59,582 bases of DNA from a bacterium (GTDB lineage: Bacteria; Patescibacteriota; Minisyncoccia; Moranbacterales; GWC2-37-73), in the NCBI GenBank assembly GCA_003251635.1, contig QKEW01000017.1, positions 1 through 59,582 of the forward strand. The letters are read 5' to 3'. The notes below the pieces were generated by a model. That model had not been told where the DNA came from. It saw only the letters and a list, made by a program, of their open reading frames with translations, and did no database searches. The position numbers were made by a program, and so were the translations under genes. Of the stretch, positions 19,892-27,871 are shown piece by piece. Position 1 is the stretch's first letter; every line of letters begins with the position of its first letter.

Positions 19892-20055
19892 ATTGTTTAA
19901 ATATTATATTAATTTCTATTTTCTGATTAATTAAGTTTTTTCCGCAATTCAAGAACTTGGCAATCTATATAATAAACATGACACACTCTCACTTCCACGT
20001 TAGGAATTATAAATTAAGCTTTTTGTGCTCCACGCTATGTGTTGGACTAAGCTTT

Positions 20056-20973
20056 CTATTTATTCAGCTTAATCTTTTTGTAAACACTGCCAGCTGCCAC
20101 CGCGCCTTCCGCTACCGCCGTAATGATTTGACGAAATTTATTTGAACCGGTGGTCACATCTCCGGCTGCAAAAACATTTTCCACATTAGTTGCCTGAGCT
20201 TGATCAACGATCAGATAATTTTGTTCATCGCTTTGCACCCCTATTTCCTGAGCTAAAGCAACTCCCGGCACCGAACCAATTTCAATAAAAACTCCGTCAA
20301 CGGCCAACTCTTTCTCTTGATCATCTTGCTTAAAAGTTACAGCTTGAACCTTGTCCTCGCCTTTAACTCCGGTTATCTCCGAACAAGCCTGCATTTCAAT
20401 CTTGGGATTCTTTTGCATTTGTTCCACCCAGGAAGGCTCTGCTTTCAATTCATTTCGGTAAAGCAACGTCACGTGATCGGCAAATTCGCTCAAATGAATG
20501 GCAGCCGTAGCCGCACTATCCCCTCCGCCAATAACTACTACATTCTTCCGACGAAAAAACATCGCATCGCAAGTGGCACAATAAGAAATACCTTTTCCCA
20601 CGAAATTGTTTTCACCCGGGATATTCATTTTGCGCGGCTTCATGCCCAAAGCGAAAATCAGGGCCTTGCCTTCATAAATTTCCTGATTGGTATGCACCAC
20701 AAACGAACCGTTTTCTTTCTTTTCAATTCTTTGTACCACCGCTGACACGATTTTGGCTCCCAAATTTTCAGTTTGCCGCCTAAACTTCTCCATCAAATCT
20801 TTGCCGGAAATTGATTCAAATCCAGCATAGTTTTCAATTTCCCAGGCCTCTACCACTTGTCCGCCAATATCTTCTCCAATTACCACGTGATCCAATTTAT
20901 AACGCGAAGCGTAAATTGAAGCTCCCAAACCGGCTGGCCCAGCGCCAATTATTATCAAGTCATGATTATTCAT
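20056..20973 (-). CDS. trxB: thioredoxin-disulfide reductase
   Basis: 305 aa with IIGAGPAG, the redox CATCDA motif, VIGGGDSA and GDV...RQ. Confidence 0.93.
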   Translation of the reverse strand: MNNHDLIIIGAGPAGLGASIYASRYKLDHVVIGEDIGGQVVEAWEIENYAGFESISGKDLMEKFRRQTENLGAKIVSAVVQRIEKKENGSFVVHTNQEIYEGKALIFALGMKPRKMNIPGENNFVGKGISYCATCDAMFFRRKNVVVIGGGDSAATAAIHLSEFADHVTLLYRNELKAEPSWVEQMQKNPKIEMQACSEITGVKGEDKVQAVTFKQDDQEKELAVDGVFIEIGSVPGVALAQEIGVQSDEQNYLIVDQAQATNVENVFAAGDVTTGSNKFRQIITAVAEGAVAAGSVYKKIKLNK

Positions 20974-21325
20974 ATTTTTGTTTTTAAATCATTAAATAAA
21001 CCCTACTGGAATTATACCTCAAATTAAAAAACTGTTCCATTTTCAACACAATTCTTTCGCAACTGATGACTAAAATCTTGCTCGCGATAATTCACGCTCC
21101 CATAGGTACTATAGGTACTATAAAATTTGGGTTTGTCATATATTACGTTCACATATTGAGCGATTTTCATAAAAAGATTTTAAACAATTTTTTTGGTCCA
21201 CTTCCCAGCTGCGAACATGCGAGAGTCTTTTGGAAAAAATCCATTCCAAAAAAATCAAAACGAAACCCAAAATAAAAAATAAAATGATTTTTAGCTTTTC
21301 AAATATTTTTAAGATAAAATCATAA

Positions 21326-21868
21326 TTATTTAAAAGATTCGACATATGCTAAAACTCCATCCAAATCCGTAAATAGATTACATTCATTTTGACCTTCCCT
21401 ATTGGGATAGGTTCTAAGTCCAGCAGTTGCAATTCCTTTTTCCTGGGCTTTTTGCAAAACCCTTGGTTCATCATCAATCACTAAACAACAATCTTTTCCA
21501 AATAAATCAGCTTTTTCTTTTGGAAATTGTATTTCATCAAAAATCAATTCATTTTCATTAAGCCATTTCCTGGTAACTTCAAGGCTAGCAGGTAAACGAT
21601 AGCTCATTATCAAGATATAGAATCCACTTTTCTTCAAAGCTTGCAAAAATTTTTTACTTTCAGCAAATGGAATATATTTGTCTTGATTAAAATGAATAGC
21701 ATTAACTGCTCCCCAGTAATCAGCCTCTTCACATTGCCCTCGCCAAAAATCCCACCCGTTCCATTCAGAAGGTTGAGAAAAACTAGGAAATTTTCTTTTT
21801 AATTGTAGATAGAGTTCATCAGAAAAATTCCAAAGAGTATTATCAATATCAACTAAGATCTTTTTCAT
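21326..21868 (-). CDS. HAD-superfamily 5'(3')-nucleotidase-like hydrolase
   Basis: 180 aa with the N-terminal DxDxT motif (LVDIDNTLW) and a later DD motif (VIDDEP). Confidence 0.65.
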   Translation of the reverse strand: MKKILVDIDNTLWNFSDELYLQLKRKFPSFSQPSEWNGWDFWRGQCEEADYWGAVNAIHFNQDKYIPFAESKKFLQALKKSGFYILIMSYRLPASLEVTRKWLNENELIFDEIQFPKEKADLFGKDCCLVIDDEPRVLQKAQEKGIATAGLRTYPNREGQNECNLFTDLDGVLAYVESFK

Positions 21869-21915
21869 GATTAATTTATCGAAAAATTAGTAACTTAACT
21901 TTAACATAAAAACAA

Positions 21916-21936
21916 AAGGCCCGCGACTGGGGCCTT
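21916..21936 (-). terminator. GC hairpin AAGGCCC-N-GGGGCCTT flanked by T/A runs
   Basis: Located 25 nt downstream of the metalloprotease stop codon. Confidence 0.6.
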
Positions 21937-21960
21937 TTTTGAATTTTGCTAGAAAAATAA

Positions 21961-24132
21961 CTATTGGCAATCAGGACACCCTGCCCCATCCTTACTTGGA
22001 TGACAAGTTCCGTCACAAATTCCCTTGAAACAAGCTGAACAATCCTGGCTCACACAGTCTGGGTCGCTAATAGCCGAACAACCAGATCCACAACAGCCAT
22101 CAGATAGACCGCAACTTGGCCAAATGTTCTGACACACGCCGGAGAGTAAGCAAGTGTCGATGGTGCAAGCAACTCCATCACTACATTCCGAATTCGAAGA
22201 ACAATCGCAATCTACCGGACAGTCTTCTCCAGCAGAACAAACTCCATCACCACAACAACTGTTACTTTGGCAATCCGGGCAATTGGCCCCGTCCTTACTT
22301 GGATGACAAGTTCCGTCGCAAACTCCCTTGAAACAATCCGAGCAAGAACCACTGGCTGTTGATGATGCGCAATCTTGAGGGCAGGTTTGACAGTTTTCAC
22401 CCACTGCTTGACCACCACAATATCCATCTCCACAACTTGATGACACTGATTGATTTGATATATTAACACTGATTTGATTGCTTGAGTTGTTACCGGAAGC
22501 ATCATAGGCAACTGCCTTGATGGCATGGCTTCCATCATCATAAAGCTTCGTGTCCAAAGAAAAGGAATAAGGAGAAGAGGTGTCTTCAGCTACAAAATTT
22601 GAATCAACATACAACTCAACTTTGGAAACTCCAATATTGTCAGTGGCCGTGACATCAACTTGAATGACACCTGAAATGGTATTTCCATCCAAAGGATTGG
22701 ATATTTTAACCGAGGGCGCCGTCGAATCACTAGCAACAGAAACCGTCAAATCAAAAGTAACTCCCTTATCAGAATGAGAAACTTGTGTCACACTAATTCC
22801 ATTAACCATATCAGAAAAACTAGAACCATCAGTTAACGACTGAATAAAGTAGGTATAACCATAATTGCTTCCCTTATAGCGATGAATATTAACTCCTTGG
22901 CTATAGATTGAAGCTATACCTGAATCATACCCTAAAGGTTGCCGATATGATAGATAATAAAATTCTTCCGTATCCGGTTTAGCTATCTTCAAAGCAAAAG
23001 GTAAATCTGTTGAAGTTGGATCCATTCCAATCGGTGCCAAAGTATAGGTTCCTGAAGTTGCCACGGTTTGAATGTCGCCCGAATAAGAAGAATACCAACC
23101 CATCTGATCGATATGCGGAGCATTGAATAAATGCCAGGCACTCGATGAAGTCCCCATTGGATCTGAATAATCCCCATACACAGAATTTACCACTCCATCA
23201 TTTTCCGGATCTGTCGCAGCATGACCCATTGAAAGATTATGACCAAGCTCATGAGCAATTAACATTGGATAATCCGCACCACCAACCCAGGCTCGACAAA
23301 AAGTTCCACAACCGACATTTGCAACCCCGGCCCAAGCGCAACTAGGTAATTCATTAAAATGAGGGAGTACAAAAACTCGATGCTGGTAAAGAGAAAGATC
23401 TATTCCAGCTTCAGTAGCAGCAGTCTCAGCAGCAGCAGACCAATCATAATAATTACATGTTTCATTTGTATAATTAACCTGGAAAGGACCGAAAACATCA
23501 GCCTGTCCATTTGCATCCACATCCGCTTCAAATCCTAACATGTCCCGAGAAGATTCCCGATAAAGACTATCAACGCTTTTGTCACCGTAATACATAACTG
23601 ACGAAATCTGATCAAGCGTATAGCGAGAAGACGCCTTCGCATTCAATAGATCAACCATCAAAACCACAGCTTTTCGAGTATCAGTAAGTGATTCTGCTTG
23701 ACTCACCAAAACCACATTATCTCCCTCAAAAACCTTTTCGGAAACTTTTTTACCCTTGATTCTAACCACATCTCCAGTTTCTAAAGAATCAGCTGGCTTT
23801 TTTTTGAATTTTATCTCAACGTGCTTTTTAGTCTTTTTGTCGTAAACAAAATATTTAATTTTTTCATATTCTTTTTCCGGATTTTCCTCAATTATTTTTT
23901 CAAATTCACCCTCAATACTTGAGTCATAACCGTTAGAACTGGCTAAAGATTTACTTTCTAAGTTTAAATTAATTGTCCAAATCAAGGCAACAATGACACC
24001 AACCACAAAAGCCATGATTATTAAGCCTTTCAAAGTAGTTATATTCTTTTTCTGCATTAAGACCGTTTTTTCACTTAACCAATTAAAGCTTGACTTTACA
24101 GCCCGGTCAATTGATCTTTTTTTTGTTTTCAT
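21961..24132 (-). CDS. secreted zinc metalloprotease-like protein with an Ig-like domain and a duplicated Cys-rich C-terminal module
   Basis: 723 aa with an N-terminal TM/signal anchor, the metzincin-type HELGHNLSMGH motif, an Ig-like segment (VELYVDS...AVAYDASGN) and two copies of C..CFKG.CDGTCHPSKDGA.CPDCQ. Confidence 0.8.
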   Translation of the reverse strand: MKTKKRSIDRAVKSSFNWLSEKTVLMQKKNITTLKGLIIMAFVVGVIVALIWTINLNLESKSLASSNGYDSSIEGEFEKIIEENPEKEYEKIKYFVYDKKTKKHVEIKFKKKPADSLETGDVVRIKGKKVSEKVFEGDNVVLVSQAESLTDTRKAVVLMVDLLNAKASSRYTLDQISSVMYYGDKSVDSLYRESSRDMLGFEADVDANGQADVFGPFQVNYTNETCNYYDWSAAAETAATEAGIDLSLYQHRVFVLPHFNELPSCAWAGVANVGCGTFCRAWVGGADYPMLIAHELGHNLSMGHAATDPENDGVVNSVYGDYSDPMGTSSSAWHLFNAPHIDQMGWYSSYSGDIQTVATSGTYTLAPIGMDPTSTDLPFALKIAKPDTEEFYYLSYRQPLGYDSGIASIYSQGVNIHRYKGSNYGYTYFIQSLTDGSSFSDMVNGISVTQVSHSDKGVTFDLTVSVASDSTAPSVKISNPLDGNTISGVIQVDVTATDNIGVSKVELYVDSNFVAEDTSSPYSFSLDTKLYDDGSHAIKAVAYDASGNNSSNQISVNISNQSVSSSCGDGYCGGQAVGENCQTCPQDCASSTASGSCSDCFKGVCDGTCHPSKDGANCPDCQSNSCCGDGVCSAGEDCPVDCDCSSNSECSDGVACTIDTCLLSGVCQNIWPSCGLSDGCCGSGCSAISDPDCVSQDCSACFKGICDGTCHPSKDGAGCPDCQ

Positions 24133-24508
24133 TTTTTGTTTAAAAATTATTTATTTTTATGTTATCAGCAAAGATATTTTTGCATGATGCTTAACTTTCA
24201 ACTCACTTTCAACTAAAAACCAATAAAAATCAACTAAACCCAGACTGATTCTCGTCGGTTTTTATCAAACAAAATTATTGGAATAAATTTTTAATATCTT
24301 TAATTTAATTTTATCACAAATATTAATTTTGTAAAAAATTTGGAAAATAAAAACCACCCCTTGGGATGATTTTTTAATACAAGTCCGACTTTGAAGGAGT
24401 CTTTAGCAAGACAGACAAAACTCAAATATTTGTCCAATTTTAATTAGCTTAACGAGCTAGCAATAGTTACTAGATTAATCTCAAAGAGAAAGTGCTTCGC
24501 AAAAGACA

Positions 24509-24817
24509 TTAAGAATTATTCTCTTGCCTACCCCATTGCCAACGGGGTTTTTTGCCTTTTTTATAGGCAACAATTATAAAAAGAGTAGTCAAAACAATGA
24601 TTGGCAGTGCAAATGTCAAAAAGTTGCTGCCTGAATCAGGATTTCCAGGAATATCTTCTTCTCTGACAGACACAAGACTCACAATTAACAAAACATAAAG
24701 AAGAGTGACGGCCCATCCTTGCCATTTTGCAGGCACCCAACCCCAACCAAAAAGTTTCCTCTTGAACCAATATTCCTTTGGATTGTTTTTTAGGTATGCG
24801 ATGTATTCCTTGAGCAT
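24509..24817 (-). CDS. small membrane protein, unknown family
   Basis: 102 aa with two hydrophobic helices. It is preceded by the 24-bp palindrome/promoter-like motif. Confidence 0.5.
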   Translation of the reverse strand: MLKEYIAYLKNNPKEYWFKRKLFGWGWVPAKWQGWAVTLLYVLLIVSLVSVREEDIPGNPDSGSNFLTFALPIIVLTTLFIIVAYKKGKKPRWQWGRQENNS

Positions 24818-24863
24818 ATAGTTTAGACTTTTTTCATGTTAAAATTTTACCTTTTACTTCCTT

Positions 24864-24887
24864 TGGTAAGTATTATAATACTTACCA
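24864..24887. promoter_or_regulatory. perfect palindrome TGGTAAGTATTATAATACTTACCA (copy 1)
   Basis: 24-bp perfect inverted repeat with a central TATAAT, 46 nt upstream of the ATG at 24817. Confidence 0.6.
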
Positions 24888-25073
24888 GAAATTTTTACCA
24901 AGAAGAAAAAACTGGTCAAGTTTGATGCCTTTTACTTTTGCCAAATTCAAAAGCAGATTGCTTTAAATGTTTTTTTACTTCTTCTGCAAGGAGAGAAATG
25001 GAAATATCCAAAGAAAAACGACCCGCTCTGTGATAATAAACGGGTCGCTTTTTTGTTCTGTTTGCCGACGTTG

Positions 25074-25598
25074 TTAGCTCAGGAAGTCCATTTCAGGCTT
25101 CCGCTCTTCATCGTTCTCGTAGGCGTCGTGCGCCAGGGCGACGATAATGTCGGAAATCATTCCCGAAATCATCTTGTCGAACCACGGCTGAACACCAGAG
25201 CAGGTAACGACAAATCCCCTTCGATTGACACCGCCCCAAAAAGGCGTGTCACCAGGAAAGAGCAGGTGTGGAATGGAAGCCGTGCGGTCGTCATTCCTTT
25301 CCGTCCAGAGCTGGAGAGCCTTGCATCTGGCAATGTCGTCGTAAGAGTGTTCCCATCCATCATCACCCATAACACTTTGTTCGTAAAGCAAGACGGGTTG
25401 AAGCGGATAGTTTGGCCAGTCGGGATAATCCGCTTTGCGGTCATCCTTCATCGCAGGCACCAGCACGACAATGTGGCAATCGGTACGCTTGAGAAGCGAA
25501 CGCAGAGGAGACGATTTCGTCATAACCGCATTGAGTACAGTCTCTACGGCTTTCTTGGCGATTTCCTCAGTCAGATACTTCGGTGTAAGCAATTCCAT
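25074..25598 (-). CDS. hypothetical protein (G+C-rich cassette gene 2)
   Basis: 174 aa, preceded by a strong SD (AAGGAGGAAAAAAGAGA-ATG). It is visibly richer in G+C than its surroundings. There is a weak resemblance to GlcG/DUF336-type proteins (GGVNRRGFVVTCSGV), which I could not verify. Confidence 0.6.
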   Translation of the reverse strand: MELLTPKYLTEEIAKKAVETVLNAVMTKSSPLRSLLKRTDCHIVVLVPAMKDDRKADYPDWPNYPLQPVLLYEQSVMGDDGWEHSYDDIARCKALQLWTERNDDRTASIPHLLFPGDTPFWGGVNRRGFVVTCSGVQPWFDKMISGMISDIIVALAHDAYENDEERKPEMDFLS

Positions 25599-25616
25599 TC
25601 TCTTTTTTCCTCCTTT

Positions 25617-26084
25617 TCAATATGAAGTTGTTTGCCACTCAACCACTATCGTGCCTTTTTCGTTTACAAAGACACTAATGATTGTGTAAATGGGTGAAAG
25701 ACTCTTGTTTCTAAACTTTCGCATGATTGCGGTGCAACTTGGCAGAAACAGGAAGTGGCGGAAAATCTCAATCCCCGTCTTTTTCCTTTCCTTGTGATAT
25801 TTTGGCAAAGCCTCGCACGGATATTCAGGACTCTTTCTCATGGCTTCAGCTGGGCAAGATATAAAACCTAATGAAACGCTCTGAACAACAGTGGCACTTC
25901 TCGGAAGACCGCCAAACAGCAACTCTCCATCAAAGACAACTAGTGTGCGTTGATCACGTTCATTTGCAGGAATACGATATTCCTTGTCCCCAAATCTGCA
26001 AACAACCGTGTTTGCGTCAACTCTTTTAGCAGTAGTAGTCCCAAATGCCTTCTCGTGCAGATAATGATGAACTGTTTTGTCCAT
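25617..26084 (-). CDS. hypothetical protein (G+C-rich cassette gene 1)
   Basis: 155 aa with an SD-like GAGGGG 7 nt before the ATG. Its stop is 18 nt from the next start. No motif recognised. Confidence 0.55.
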   Translation of the reverse strand: MDKTVHHYLHEKAFGTTTAKRVDANTVVCRFGDKEYRIPANERDQRTLVVFDGELLFGGLPRSATVVQSVSLGFISCPAEAMRKSPEYPCEALPKYHKERKKTGIEIFRHFLFLPSCTAIMRKFRNKSLSPIYTIISVFVNEKGTIVVEWQTTSY

Positions 26085-26204
26085 TTCAATCCCCTCTACA
26101 TTGATAATTTTGTTAATGTGCCAATTTTTTCGTGTTCAAATCAGAATAAACAAAAATGGACTAAAAGTCAACCAAGAAAACTTAAACCTTTTCATGCTTT
26201 TAAT

Positions 26205-26230
26205 TTGGTAAGTATTATAATACTTACCAA
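26205..26230. promoter_or_regulatory. perfect palindrome TTGGTAAGTATTATAATACTTACCAA (copy 2)
   Basis: 26-bp perfect inverted repeat. In the direction of transcription it follows a terminator-like hairpin (26255-26290) and precedes GTTGACTTTT (-35-like). Confidence 0.6.
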
Positions 26231-26317
26231 AAATTATGGGAGATTTAGAGAAAAGAAAAGCTGCCTGAGAGAAATTCTCCCAGGCAGTTTCATGAGTATT
26301 TTATTTTTTCAGCTTTT

Positions 26318-26737
26318 TTATTGGAAACGAACATCTTTTCTTAGTTCCTCACCGAAAAAATAATTTAAGTTCCAAATATAAGGTGACAGAAATGTGTCTG
26401 CCCTTTTTTCTGCCCAACCTATTGTTACTTTTTTTTCAAGTTCATGTTTAGGTCCGGGTTCAGGGCTCTTTATTTTTTTTAATCTATCTTTCAAGATTTC
26501 AACCGCTGAGCCCATATAACAGCCCCGGAAAAAACCCACAGAACAATCGATTTTTTTCAGGGTTTTGAAAATAAGTTCCGCCTCAGAAAAATCATTGAGG
26601 CAAATACAAACCACTTTATAGCCGTTCTCGGTTTGGGTTATTTTCTTTATATAAACCAAAAATGTCACAACTCGATTTGCTTCGGTGGGTTTCCATATAC
26701 CAAAACAACCTACCGCGATTTCTTTTCTGTCGCCCAT
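26318..26737 (-). CDS. hypothetical protein
   Basis: 139 aa with SD-like GGGAGGAAGAGC before the ATG. No motif recognised. Confidence 0.55.
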   Translation of the reverse strand: MGDRKEIAVGCFGIWKPTEANRVVTFLVYIKKITQTENGYKVVCICLNDFSEAELIFKTLKKIDCSVGFFRGCYMGSAVEILKDRLKKIKSPEPGPKHELEKKVTIGWAEKRADTFLSPYIWNLNYFFGEELRKDVRFQ

Positions 26738-26862
26738 GCTCTTCCTCCCTCCCCCTCACAAAGGTCTGTTTAAATAAGCGCCTATTTATTAACGTTCTCT
26801 TTTTTATTTTTCTAAGCAGAGTACTACAAATAAACTCAAAAGTCAACTATAATTTTACAAGC

Positions 26863-26888
26863 TTGGTAAGTATTATAATACTTACCAA
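26863..26888. promoter_or_regulatory. perfect palindrome TTGGTAAGTATTATAATACTTACCAA (copy 3)
   Basis: Identical to copy 2, with the same AAAAGTCAAC box about 25-35 nt to its left. Confidence 0.6.
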
Positions 26889-27141
26889 AAATTTTTGAAG
26901 GCCTGGGAAATAAAAAAAAGGACTTCAATTGAAGCGTACGCAAAGGTTGTTAGACTGGGGCGGTTTTTCCCGGTACTAAACCTCGCTTCAATCAAAGTCC
27001 TTAGCGATTTTGATAATTTCAGGCCCCTTACAAGCAAGATTTTGAAAAAGAATAGGGTTCAATTCTATTTCTTAGTCTTAAACTTGCAAGGGGCCTATCG
27101 GCAGCAGGCTAACTTTGTATGTTCCTATCTGCCTTTGGATT

Positions 27142-27213
27142 TGGCTGGGGATAAGGGACTTGAACCCCCATCTTCGACTTTGAGGTCGACGCTCTAGCTT
27201 AAGCTAATCCCCA
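27142..27213 (-). tRNA. tRNA-like gene with encoded CCA and a Gln-like acceptor (U1-A72, G73); the anticodon loop is irregular and the gene may be a pseudogene
   Basis: Manual fold: acceptor TGGGGAT/ATCCCCA + G + CCA, T-arm GGGGG-TTCAAGT-CCCTT. The anticodon stem TCGAC/GTCGA encloses only 6 nt (CTCAAA), and the D-loop lacks GG. Confidence 0.45.
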
Positions 27214-27235
27214 GCAAACCTTGAATTTGATTTGA

Positions 27236-27310
27236 CGCGCCCAGTGGGATTTGAACCCACGTCCCCGCCGTGAAAGGGCGGTGTTATGAGCCAAGCTAAA
27301 CAATGGGCGC
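27236..27310 (-). tRNA. tRNA-Glu (anticodon UUC)
   Basis: Manual fold: acceptor GCGCCCA/TGGGCGC, anticodon stem CCGCC/GGCGG with loop CTTTCAC, and a GGTTCAAATCC T-loop. No CCA is encoded. Confidence 0.85.
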
Positions 27311-27330
27311 GCAAAATCTGAATTTTGATT

Positions 27331-27404
27331 TGGAGTGGGAAATCGGATTCGAACCGACGACTTCTTCCTCAAGGGAAGCACTCTTACCGCTGAGTTATTC
27401 CCAC
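27331..27404 (-). tRNA. tRNA with encoded CCA; anticodon uncertain (UUG/Gln if the loop is CCUUGAG)
   Basis: Manual fold: acceptor GTGGGAA/TTCCCAC + T + CCA, D-arm ACTC-AGCGGTAA-GAGT (Gln-like), T-arm GTCGG-TTCGAAT-CCGAT. The anticodon arm CTTCC-CTTGA-GGAAG gives either a 5-nt loop or a 7-nt loop with C33. Confidence 0.6.
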
Positions 27405-27756
27405 TCAATCAATCAAAATTTTTAAATGGCGGGGCTTTTCGAGAAAGCAAGAAGAAGTGGAGATGTCCTAGGTTGCCGCCTAGGTTGCCGCCTGATCCCC
27501 ACTGGGAACCCCGCCACACCAACTCCTTGCTGTTGTTCCACAAAAAGCCCCATAAAAAAGAACTAAAAAAACAATAATTCACACACTTTAAAAAAAGCAA
27601 GTATAGGAATTATTGTTTTTTTATTTTCTTGAAACGATTTAATAAAATAAATCGCCGCTTATTGCGATTAATCCTTTATGTTATTTTCTGAGACAAGAAC
27701 TTGCCATCCGAAAATGACAAGTCGACCGTTAGATTAAGCCCCAATAAATTAGAGCA

Positions 27757-27787
27757 TCACCTTAACTCCCTAGAAAGGAGGTGATTC
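27757..27787. repeat. orphan copy of the 16S rRNA 3' end/trailer junction (island boundary repeat, left)
   Basis: TCACCTTAACTCCCTAGAAAGGAGGTGATTC matches 51526-51556 at 29 of 31 positions. The core TAACTCCCTAGA recurs inverted at 27871-27882, over the integrase stop codon. Confidence 0.8.
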
Positions 27788-27810
27788 GTGGGAGGAATTG
27801 GTTCTTATGC

Positions 27811-27836
27811 TAAATCTTGCTTTTACTAAAGCAAGA
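27811..27836 (-). terminator. hairpin TCTTGCTTT-N4-AAAGCAAGA downstream of the integrase
   Basis: Perfect 9-bp stem followed by TTTA on the minus strand. Confidence 0.45.
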
Positions 27837-27871
27837 AATTCTTGAATTTACTCCTTTCAAACTAGGCGAAT

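Noticed and set aside
21066-21345. Small ORFs 21066-21275(+) and 21136-21345(-).
   Set aside because: They mutually overlap and have no motifs. The minus-strand ORF has one hydrophobic stretch and abuts the HAD gene, but I cannot support it as a gene from sequence alone.
25053-25625. A 190-aa plus-strand ORF in the G+C-rich cassette.
   Set aside because: It overlaps the minus-strand 174-aa ORF, which has a strong AGGAGG SD and a more protein-like composition. The plus-strand product is Arg-rich, as expected for an antisense frame in G+C-rich DNA.
24864-26888. The three 26-bp palindromes interpreted as integron attC sites, with the nearby tyrosine recombinase as IntI.
   Set aside because: The palindromes are perfect, short and carry a TATAAT core rather than the imperfect R''/L''-L'/R' (GTTRRRY) organisation. 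Related half-sites sit in front of core genes (the ATPase, murB). The integrase is co-oriented and separated from them by tRNAs. A promoter/operator reading is more parsimonious.
26895-27600. ORFs 26895-27197(+), 27199-27408(-), 27335-27577(+) and 27409-27600(-).
   Set aside because: They overlap the tRNA genes or the rRNA-trailer-like spacer and have no start context. They are treated as non-coding.
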